Positions 9,520-16,632 of a DNA stretch of 16,632 nt are shown piece by piece. Both the position numbers and the translations under genes were made by a program. A model generated the notes under the pieces. The model made no database searches. It had not been told where the DNA came from and worked only from the letters and a program-made list of their open reading frames with translations. Source of the DNA: Snowella sp. (lineage in GTDB: Bacteria; Cyanobacteriota; Cyanobacteriia; Cyanobacteriales; Microcystaceae); assembly GCA_035285545.1 (NCBI GenBank), contig JAYKGY010000040.1:1-16632 (forward strand), given 5' to 3'. How positions within the stretch are numbered: position 1 is the first letter of the stretch; each line of letters starts with the position of its first letter.

Positions 9520-10425
9520 TTGCACTCCCAACTTTCCCTTTGTCTCTTCGTTCCTGATGCGATCGCTCAAAAGTTGTCTGAGTGGGTCAATGGCGATCGC
9601 TACCGAATTTATAGTTTTGATGTCCTCAATGACTTTATTTCCTTTGTCGTTGGCAATACGGAACATATTGATTGTCTAATCGTTTTCAACGATACTGCCA
9701 TTCTTCCTGTTTTTAATAAACTCTATGAGCAAGGCAGACTGCTCCCCGTCATTATTCTTGAATCCAATTCCACCCTCGACGCAGTAGAGGCTGCAAAATT
9801 AGAAACGCCGACGATTCTTTACCACAATGCGGAAGTTCGTCTTCCCGAAGCGGATTGGGATTCTCTCCCCGTTGTCATCGACCGCGCGATCGCCCACTAT
9901 CTCCATCTTGCCCCGATCAAACCCTCCAGTGAAATCGAAAAGCCCCCAGATAAAACCGATCCGGAAGATTCTCAACAAAGTTTTCTGTTACTGCAACAAC
10001 GCCGATTAGCGGATAAACTCAAAGAAAGATTGGGATATTTAGGAGTGTATTATAAGCGTAATCCAAAAGACTTTTATCGAAATCTGAGTCGGCGAGAAAA
10101 ACAAGAATTTTTAAATCAGTTGAGTCTTGAATATCGAGAAATTTTACTCAGTTACTTTACTCCAGACAACAATTTTAATCAAATGATTGACCAATTCGTC
10201 AACCATGCGTTTTTTGCTGATATTTCGGTTTCCCAAATCTTAGAAATTCACATGGAATTGATCGATCAATTTGCCCAAAGCCTTAAACTAGAAGGCAGAA
10301 ATGAAGAAGTATTATTAGACTATCGATTAGCCTTGATTGATATTCTTGCCCATCTCGGCGAAATGTACCGTCGTTCTATTCCGAGAGAAGACATTCCCTT
10401 TGATCTCTTCTATCAATCCGACTAA
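9520..10425 (+). CDS. kaiA: Circadian clock protein KaiA, full length with pseudo-receiver domain, TTG start, 301 aa
   Basis: QQRRLADKLKERLGYLGVYYKRNP, EIHMEL, LKLEGR, LLDYRL..ID..AHLGEMYRRSIPR; adjacent to kaiBC. Confidence 0.97.
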   Translation: MHSQLSLCLFVPDAIAQKLSEWVNGDRYRIYSFDVLNDFISFVVGNTEHIDCLIVFNDTAILPVFNKLYEQGRLLPVIILESNSTLDAVEAAKLETPTILYHNAEVRLPEADWDSLPVVIDRAIAHYLHLAPIKPSSEIEKPPDKTDPEDSQQSFLLLQQRRLADKLKERLGYLGVYYKRNPKDFYRNLSRREKQEFLNQLSLEYREILLSYFTPDNNFNQMIDQFVNHAFFADISVSQILEIHMELIDQFAQSLKLEGRNEEVLLDYRLALIDILAHLGEMYRRSIPREDIPFDLFYQSD

Positions 10426-10515
10426 AGGTAACGCTCTAAGGCTATTCACGTTATTAAATTACATTATTAAATTAACTTCTATTCGATACGCTAAAACTAC
10501 TCAGAGATTGTTATC

Positions 10516-10830
10516 ATGACGAGCTTTCAAAAAACCTATGTACTCAAGCTCTATGTAGCTGGAAATACACCCAACTCAGTGCGGGCCCTAAAAACTTTAA
10601 AAACCATTTTAGAAAAAGAATTTAAAGGGGTTTACGCCTTAAAAGTAATCGATGTTCTCAAAAATCCCCAACTCGCTGAAGAAGATAAAATCCTAGCAAC
10701 CCCGACCTTAGCCAGAATTTTGCCCCCTCCTGTTCGTAAAATTATTGGCGATTTATCCGATAGGGAGAAGGTATTGATTGGGCTAGATTTGCTTTATGAT
10801 GAGATTCGGGAAAGAGAGACCGACCTTTAA
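10516..10830 (+). CDS. kaiB: Circadian clock protein KaiB (KaiB1 type), 104 aa
   Basis: [23 protein letters not shown]...[23 protein letters not shown]. Confidence 0.98.
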   Translation: MTSFQKTYVLKLYVAGNTPNSVRALKTLKTILEKEFKGVYALKVIDVLKNPQLAEEDKILATPTLARILPPPVRKIIGDLSDREKVLIGLDLLYDEIRERETDL

Positions 10831-10950
10831 CCCACTTCACCCCGTTTCTCGGAGGCCATTTCCCAGAACAATCTTAAAAGCTGAACTCCTCATTAAATTT
10901 TTTATTAAATAACCTAATCTTACAAAAACAACCGATACATTAAAATTCCT

Positions 10951-12516
10951 ATGGATGAAGCGATTGAAAACGAACAGAAGTCAGCAAAAGATTCTCGAAA
11001 AGGTGTCCAAAAAATCCGCACCCTCATTGAAGGATTTGACGAAATTACCCACGGTGGATTGCCCATTGGCCGTACAACCTTAGTGAGCGGCACCTCTGGT
11101 ACAGGAAAAACCTTATTAGCCGTTCAATTCCTCTATCACGGTATTATCCATTCAGGCTCCCCTGGTCTATTAGTGACCTTTGAAGAATCACCCCAAGATA
11201 TTATTCTCAATGCCCATAGTTTTGGTTGGGATTTACAGGAATTAATTGACGAAGGCAAATTATTTATTCTCGATGCCTCTCCCGATCCCGATGGGCAGGA
11301 AGTGGTCGGCAGTTTTGATCTGTCAGCTTTAATTGAGCGTTTGCAGTACGCCATTCACAAATATAAAGCTAAACTCGTCTCTATTGACTCCGTAACAGCC
11401 GTTTTTCAGCAGTATGATGCGGCTTCGGTGGTAAGACGGGAAATTTTTCGCTTAGTGGCTCGCCTCAAGCAATTAAAAGTAACCTCGATTATGACCACGG
11501 AGCGGATCGAGGAATACGGGCCGATCGCGCGGTTTGGGGTAGAGGAATTTGTCTCAGATAACGTGGTGATTTTGCGGAACGTGCTAGAGGGAGAACGCCG
11601 CCGCCGTACCGTAGAAATCCTCAAATTACGGGGAACAACCCACATGAAAGGAGAATATCCCTTCACCATCACCCGTGCAGGTATTAACATCTTCCCCTTG
11701 GGTGCTATGCGACTAACTCAACGATCCTCTAATATTCGGATTTCTTCAGGTGTGGCTACATTAGATGAAATGTGTGGCGGTGGATTCTTCAAAGATTCCA
11801 TCATTTTGGCCACAGGCGCGACGGGAACAGGCAAGACATTATTGGTCAGTAAGTTCTTACAAGAGGGCTGCCGCCAAGGGGAACGGGCGATTTTATTTGC
11901 CTATGAAGAATCTCGCGCCCAATTATCCCGAAATGCGTCTTCCTGGGGGATCGATTTTGAGGAAATGGAGCAAAAAGGCTTATTAAAATTACTCTGTACC
12001 TATCCTGAATCGGCAGGATTGGAAGATCACCTGCAAATGATCAAATCGGAAATTTCAGAGTTTAAACCCTCTCGGATCGCGATCGACTCTCTTTCGGCAA
12101 TGGCTAGGGGCGTTACCAACAATGCTTTCCGTCAGTTTGTCATTGGGGTAACAGGTTACGCCAAACAGGAAGAAATTACGGGTTTCTTCACCAATACAAC
12201 GGATCAGTTTATGGGGGCGCACTCTATTACGGAATCCCATATTTCCACCATTACGGACACGATCATTATGTTGCAATATGTGGAAATTAAAGGGGAAATG
12301 TCCCGCGCTATTAACGTCTTTAAAATGCGGGGTTCCTGGCATGATAAGGGCATTCGAGAATACAGCATCAGCCATGACGGTGCAGAAATTAAAGATTCCT
12401 TCCGTAACTACGAACGGATTATTAGTGGTTCGCCTACCCGCATTAGTGTGGATGAAAAATCCGAATTATCGCGTATTGTTCGGGGGGTTCGGGGTGATAA
12501 AACGATTGATGAATAG
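10951..12516 (+). CDS. kaiC: Circadian clock ATPase/autokinase KaiC (KaiC1 type), 521 aa
   Basis: Two RecA-like domains with Walker A motifs GTSGTGKT and GATGTGKT, catalytic EE pairs, phosphosite context SHISTITD, and A-loop ISGSPTRI. Confidence 0.99.
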   Translation: MDEAIENEQKSAKDSRKGVQKIRTLIEGFDEITHGGLPIGRTTLVSGTSGTGKTLLAVQFLYHGIIHSGSPGLLVTFEESPQDIILNAHSFGWDLQELIDEGKLFILDASPDPDGQEVVGSFDLSALIERLQYAIHKYKAKLVSIDSVTAVFQQYDAASVVRREIFRLVARLKQLKVTSIMTTERIEEYGPIARFGVEEFVSDNVVILRNVLEGERRRRTVEILKLRGTTHMKGEYPFTITRAGINIFPLGAMRLTQRSSNIRISSGVATLDEMCGGGFFKDSIILATGATGTGKTLLVSKFLQEGCRQGERAILFAYEESRAQLSRNASSWGIDFEEMEQKGLLKLLCTYPESAGLEDHLQMIKSEISEFKPSRIAIDSLSAMARGVTNNAFRQFVIGVTGYAKQEEITGFFTNTTDQFMGAHSITESHISTITDTIIMLQYVEIKGEMSRAINVFKMRGSWHDKGIREYSISHDGAEIKDSFRNYERIISGSPTRISVDEKSELSRIVRGVRGDKTIDE

Positions 12517-12689
12517 GATCATAAGATCAATAAATTGATAAGATTTCCAGTCGCTCTTTGCCGTGTTTCTTAGCATAAATAATTCCAAATTTATTGCTGA
12601 TGAGATCTCAACCCAAAGGGTAGCATTAACCTGGGGCGATCGCTGACGGTAAAATTAGGCATAATGAAATCAGTGGCTATTTTTGCGAG

Positions 12690-15599
12690 ATGTCAGCTTT
12701 TATGAGGATCAATCAGCAGGAACCCAAGCAGGTATTAAATAAAATCTACGGGAAGGTTAAGCTTGAGCCTGAGCAGATTCAGGATTTTAAGGCGAGTTTG
12801 GGGCGACTGCTTGAGCTTTGTGACAGCAAAAAAGATGAAGAGTTTAATAAAAATTTACTGATTGATTTTTTTAAGCAGACGTTTTACGGCAATCGCTATT
12901 TTATCAATACGAAAGACAAGAGCGATCTAGTCATCCATAATGACAAGGGAGTAGAAAGTTCGGTTGGGGTTATTTTCGAGACAAAAAAGCCGACCAAAAC
13001 CGATAATTCGGAAATGCCCAAAGTCGATAATCTTAATACGAAGGCGTTTCAGCAGTTAGTTTTATATTTTTTACGGGAAAGGATCATTCATCAAAATGTT
13101 GCGGTTAAGCATTTAATTGTGACCAATATTCATGAGTGGTTTATTTTTGATGCTCAGATTTTTGAGACTTTATTTGCTCAAGATAAGGGCTTAGTGAAGC
13201 AGTTTAAGGATTTTGAAGCTAAACGACTGAGTGGGACAAAGACTGACTTTTTTTATAAACAGATTGCGGAACCTGCGATCGCCGCTGTAATTGATCAAAT
13301 CAAGTTCACGCATTTTGATTTGCGGAATTTGGACAATTTAGACTTAGTAGATCTTTATAAGCTTCTGTCACCCCAGCATTTATTAAAGTTACCGTTTGTC
13401 AATGATAGTAATAGTTTAAATAAGCCTTTTTATAATGAGCTTTTGTATATTATTGGCTTGACGGAGGTTAAAGAGAAAGGCAAAAAGTTAATCGGACGAG
13501 TCAAAGAAGGCGATCGCCGTGATGGGTCGTTGATTGAAAATGCCATGAGTCGGTTGGATAGTTTGGGTAAGTTATCGCGGTTAACAAATCCAGAAGAGTT
13601 TGGGGAGAAAGAGGAGGAGCGGTTATTTAATGTGGCGTTGCGGTTGTCGATTAATTGGATTAACCGTATTTTATTTTTAAAGTTATTGGAGGCGCAGTTA
13701 ATTAAGTATCACCAAGGTAATCGAGATTTTGCTTTTTTAAATGTACAAAAGGTGAAAAGTTATGATGATTTAGATTGTTTATTTTTTGATGTATTGGCAA
13801 AAGAAACGGATAAGCGCGATGTAAGAGTAAAAGAGATGTTTGGCAATGTGCCTTATCTGAATAGTTCGTTATTTGAGCCGACGGAAACGGAACAGGAAAC
13901 GATCTTTATCAGTAATCTTCAGGAGCGGTGTTTGCCAATTTTTGGGGCGACGGTGTTAAAAGATAGCCAGGGTAAGCGGCGATCGGGTGAATTAAATGCG
14001 TTGGCTTATTTATTTGAGTTTTTGGATGCCTATCGGTTTGATCGGGATGAGTTAGAAAATCCGCAGGAAGATAGCGAAAAGTTAATTAATGCGTCGGTGT
14101 TGGGGTTAATTTTTGAAAAAATTAATGGGTATAAGGATGGGTCTTTTTATACGCCGAGTTTCATTACGATGTATATGTGTCGGGAAACAATACGGCGGGC
14201 GGTGGTACAAAAATTCAATGAGGTAAAGGGATGGAATTGTCAAAATATTCGGGATCTTAAGGAAGATTTAAGCAAATATATTATGGAGTTTAAGGATAGA
14301 ACAACGGGGAGAAATGAAGCTAGTGAAATTTTTAATAGTCTCAAAATTTGCGATCCAGCGGTAGGTTCGGGACATTTCTTAGTTTCGGCTTTGAATGAGA
14401 TGATTTCGATTAAGCAATATTTGGGGATTTTGCAAGATAAAAATGGAGAAGATTTAAGCCAATATGAAATTGAGGTAGTTGAAGACAAGTTAAAAATCAC
14501 TAGAAATGGTAAGCTGTTTGGTTATAATCCGAAAAATAAGGAAAGTCAACGAGTTCAAGAAACGTTATTCCACGAGAAGCAGACGATTATTGAGAGTTGT
14601 TTGTTTGGGGTGGATATTAATCCTAATTCGGTGACGATTTGCCGTTTGCGGTTGTGGATTGAGCTTTTAAAGAATGCCTATTATAAATCCCCCCAACCAC
14701 CCTTAGAAAGTGGGACAAGTGTTGGTGAGTTGGAAACGTTGCCCAATATCGATATTAATATCAAGTGTGGAAATTCTTTAATTAGTCGGTTTGGGTTAGA
14801 TGTGGATGTGACGCAGGTTTTAAAGAAACATAATTTTAATATTGAGCAGTATCGGAATGCGGTACAAACTTATCGGAATGCGGTGAGTAAGGAACAGAAG
14901 CGGGAAATGGAAAGTTTAATCGCAAAGATTAAAAACGGTTTTTCTGTTTATCTTGGTGATTATACTCCTGATAAAAAGAAATTATTAAAGTTACAGCAAG
15001 AACTTGCAGAAAAAGAACATCCTCTATTATTTGAGTCAGAAACAGATAAGAAAGCTAGAGAGAAAAAAATTGCTAAATTACACAATGAAATTGACAAGCT
15101 AGAAGCCAAAATTGCAGATATTGAAAGTGGAAAATTTTATGAGAATGCTTTGGAATGGCGGTTTGAGTTTCCTGAAGTTTTGAATGATGATGGTGATTTT
15201 GTTGGGTTTGATATTGTAATTGGTAATCCGCCTTATATCGTAATTATTAAATCAAAACATGGTCAAGAAATAATTAATTACTTTAATAATAACTATGTAA
15301 CTTCTGAATATAATCCAAATACTTATGCATTATTTACTGAATTAGCCTTAGGTAAAATTGCTAAAAGCCAAGGATATATTTCTTTTATAATTCCTAATAC
15401 TTGGCTAAATGGCCAATATTTTACAAAGCTTAGAAGTTTCATTTCTATGTTCAATAATCTCGAAATGATAAACCTAAAAGATATTGCTTTTGATGTTATT
15501 GTAGAAACTATGATTTCTATTGTAGAAAAGAGTAACTCAGTATCCAGAATAACTTTTAAAGAATATCTAGGTAATATAGCAGTCCTAAACCAGTTGTAA
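12690..15599 (+). CDS. N-terminal fragment of the Type IIG enzyme (endonuclease + methyltransferase), 969 aa
   Basis: PD-(D/E)xK-like DLVIH...IFETKK, PYLNSSLF, GSFYTP, motif I ICDPAVGSGHFL, FGVDINP, motif IV IVIGNPPY. The terminal IAVLNQL* is read from the MITE. Confidence 0.85.
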   Translation: MSAFMRINQQEPKQVLNKIYGKVKLEPEQIQDFKASLGRLLELCDSKKDEEFNKNLLIDFFKQTFYGNRYFINTKDKSDLVIHNDKGVESSVGVIFETKKPTKTDNSEMPKVDNLNTKAFQQLVLYFLRERIIHQNVAVKHLIVTNIHEWFIFDAQIFETLFAQDKGLVKQFKDFEAKRLSGTKTDFFYKQIAEPAIAAVIDQIKFTHFDLRNLDNLDLVDLYKLLSPQHLLKLPFVNDSNSLNKPFYNELLYIIGLTEVKEKGKKLIGRVKEGDRRDGSLIENAMSRLDSLGKLSRLTNPEEFGEKEEERLFNVALRLSINWINRILFLKLLEAQLIKYHQGNRDFAFLNVQKVKSYDDLDCLFFDVLAKETDKRDVRVKEMFGNVPYLNSSLFEPTETEQETIFISNLQERCLPIFGATVLKDSQGKRRSGELNALAYLFEFLDAYRFDRDELENPQEDSEKLINASVLGLIFEKINGYKDGSFYTPSFITMYMCRETIRRAVVQKFNEVKGWNCQNIRDLKEDLSKYIMEFKDRTTGRNEASEIFNSLKICDPAVGSGHFLVSALNEMISIKQYLGILQDKNGEDLSQYEIEVVEDKLKITRNGKLFGYNPKNKESQRVQETLFHEKQTIIESCLFGVDINPNSVTICRLRLWIELLKNAYYKSPQPPLESGTSVGELETLPNIDINIKCGNSLISRFGLDVDVTQVLKKHNFNIEQYRNAVQTYRNAVSKEQKREMESLIAKIKNGFSVYLGDYTPDKKKLLKLQQELAEKEHPLLFESETDKKAREKKIAKLHNEIDKLEAKIADIESGKFYENALEWRFEFPEVLNDDGDFVGFDIVIGNPPYIVIIKSKHGQEIINYFNNNYVTSEYNPNTYALFTELALGKIAKSQGYISFIIPNTWLNGQYFTKLRSFISMFNNLEMINLKDIAFDVIVETMISIVEKSNSVSRITFKEYLGNIAVLNQL
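14685..14716 (+). repeat. Degenerate short palindromic cyanobacterial repeat read in frame within the RM gene (KSPQPPLESGT)
   Basis: AAATCCCCCCAACCACCCTTAGAAAGTGGGAC resembles the TCCCCCCAACCCCCCTTAAAAAGGGGGG-type dispersed repeats recalled from cyanobacteria. It is a C-rich patch between LKNAYY and LETLPNID. Confidence 0.5.
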
Positions 15600-15663
15600 A
15601 TATCGATCCACTCTGGGCAAGAGTTTCGAGCCTCTCAACAACACGAATCATTTAGGATTGCTA
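15577..15663. mobile_element. 87-bp MITE, IS630/Tc1-mariner-like, with TA target duplication
   Basis: Left end TAGCAGTCCTAAA (15577-15589) and right end TTTAGGATTGCTA (15651-15663) are a 12/13 inverted repeat. TA flanks both sides (15575-76, 15664-65). GC is 37/87 (43%) in AT-rich flanks, and precise removal restores the reading frame. Confidence 0.92.
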
Positions 15664-15667
15664 TAAT
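15659..15667 (+). promoter_or_regulatory. Extended -10 box formed at the MITE right junction
   Basis: TG-C-TATAAT: TGCTA comes from the element, TA from the duplication and AT from the host gene. Confidence 0.45.
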
Positions 15668-15766
15668 AATTTTTTAGAAATTGAAAAACAAATTCATTGG
15701 GGAATTAATCCTTTTGAAAACAAGGCTGAAAGTTTTATTCAGAAAATTCTACACAATGAAAAATCG

Positions 15767-16378
15767 ATGTCTGATTATTGTATTATTTATCGAGGTGTTG
15801 AGACGGGAGATAACAATAAATGGCTTGCAAATATAAAATTTACCGATGAATGGAAGCCAATACTACTTGGTAAAGATGTACATAGATTTTCATACAATCA
15901 TAGTGGAACTTATGTAAAGTTTATTCCAAAACAGTTAAAAAGTAATGCCAATATAAATTACTATAATAAAAATAAAATTCTTATGCGTAGAACAGGCAAT
16001 TCTATTATTGCTTGTGCTGACTATTGTAAGTTTATTGCTCTAAAAAATCTATACTTAATAATTCCTGAAAATGATAACTATATACCGATCATTTTACTTC
16101 AACTAAACTCTAAGTTGTTTGCTTATATACACCAATTATTAACAACTGGAGAAAATAAGCCTTTTGCTCAATTCCCAGCTTTTTATGTTGAAAAATTACC
16201 TTGTAAAATAGATGATCGATTTTTAGAAAAAGCCAAAGTTTTACTGGATAAAATGCAAGAATATATAATAGTTAAAAGTGATACAACCACCTTGGAAAAA
16301 GAAATAAATCAATTAGTTTATCAACTTTATGGATTGACAGAAGAAGAGATTAAGATAGTAGAAGGAGAAAAAAATTAA
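15767..16378 (+). CDS. C-terminal fragment of the Type IIG enzyme (TaqI-like C-terminal specificity domain), 203 aa
   Basis: RGVETGDN, KPILLGKDVHRF, KILMRRT, LNSKLF, and the characteristic end LEKEINQLVYQLYGLTEEEIKIVE. Confidence 0.75.
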   Translation: MSDYCIIYRGVETGDNNKWLANIKFTDEWKPILLGKDVHRFSYNHSGTYVKFIPKQLKSNANINYYNKNKILMRRTGNSIIACADYCKFIALKNLYLIIPENDNYIPIILLQLNSKLFAYIHQLLTTGENKPFAQFPAFYVEKLPCKIDDRFLEKAKVLLDKMQEYIIVKSDTTTLEKEINQLVYQLYGLTEEEIKIVEGEKN

Positions 16379-16493
16379 CCCCAAAATTAGTGATAAATAT
16401 TTGAAAGATAATTATTGACTATTTTGATTAATTGCGATCAGATTGCATTTTTAAACTATAATTTAAAGATATAAAACTACTGCACAAAATAAA

Positions 16494-16632
16494 ATGTTAT
16501 CCATTAACCTAGATCGAGAAACAGAAAGCTACTTAGCGGAAATAATTGCCCAAGAGAATACTAGCTCAGAAGAAATCTTAAAAAAGCTAATTTATCAACA
16601 TTGGCAAACTCTAAAACCCCGCCAAACCCTAG
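16494..16632 (+). CDS. Small hypothetical protein, 5' part only; possible CopG/RHH-like antitoxin
   Basis: ATG 16494 gives MLSINLDRETESYLAEIIAQENTSSEEILKKLIYQHWQTLKPRQTL, open to the window edge, with a strand-helix-helix pattern. TATAAT lies at 16457-16462. Confidence 0.65.
   Translation, partial: MLSINLDRETESYLAEIIAQENTSSEEILKKLIYQHWQTLKPRQTL

Larger units (their letters stand above)
138..13517. repeat. HIP1 octamer GCGATCGC, dispersed (about 19 exact copies)
   Basis: Starts read by eye at 138, 445, 647, 839, 1657, 1977, 2274, 2925, 4447, 6447, 6712, 6868, 7004, 9559, 9593, 9886, 12636, 13275 and 13510. Confidence 0.92.
12690..16378 (+). pseudogene. Type IIG restriction-modification enzyme (nuclease + N6-adenine MTase + target-recognition domain), interrupted by a MITE
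   Basis: Removing 15577-15665 (89 nt) fuses ORFs 12690..15599 and 15767..16378 into one 3600-nt frame (1199 aa plus stop). The junction reads FKEYLGNNNFLEIEKQIHWGINPFENKAESFIQKILHNEKSMSDY. The real start may be the ATG at 12702. Confidence 0.9.

Noticed and set aside
827..14500. Short overlapping ORFs in the track (827, 1459, 2664, 5857, 9088, 9466, 9827, 10337, 11136, 11406, 11765, 12055, 12278, 14240)
   Set aside because: They are alternative-frame or antisense shadows of well-supported genes with no recognisable motifs.
15599..15767. Sequencing frameshift, slippage tract or self-splicing intron as the cause of the split RM gene
   Set aside because: There is no homopolymer at the break, and 87 bp is too short for a group I/II intron. 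Terminal inverted repeats plus a TA duplication explain the split exactly.
13518..16632. Absence of HIP1 as stand-alone proof of foreign origin
   Set aside because: A gap of about 2.5 kb also occurs at 7012-9558, largely in core genes, so this was used only as supporting evidence.
1..16632. CRISPR array, tRNA or rRNA genes
   Set aside because: No regularly spaced repeats or recognisable structural RNA sequences were seen; a covariance-model search would be needed to exclude small ncRNAs.

Overview
Cyanobacterial chromosomal window: about 19 exact HIP1 GCGATCGC octamers counted by eye, and proteins resembling those of unicellular Synechocystis-like taxa (inference). The left two-thirds is core genome: a conserved hypothetical gene cut by the window edge, an alpha/beta hydrolase, an unannotated 58-aa membrane microprotein, a class I SAM methyltransferase, a secreted M16 peptidase, ndhD2 and a ThDP-dependent phosphoketolase-type enzyme. 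Next come a decayed IS1-family element and the circadian clock cluster kaiA-kaiB-kaiC. Downstream of kaiC is a Type IIG restriction-modification gene. The ORF track shows it as two ORFs, but it is one 1199-aa gene interrupted by an 87-bp MITE with terminal inverted repeats and a TA duplication. The insertion falls near the methyltransferase/target-recognition boundary, and its right junction creates a perfect extended -10 box (TGcTATAAT) ahead of the specificity-domain fragment. A 13-bp motif, CGATAC(A/G)(T/C)TAAAA, occurs once upstream of each kai gene. The window ends in the start of a small antitoxin-like ORF. All family assignments come from recognising motifs by eye; no searches were run.
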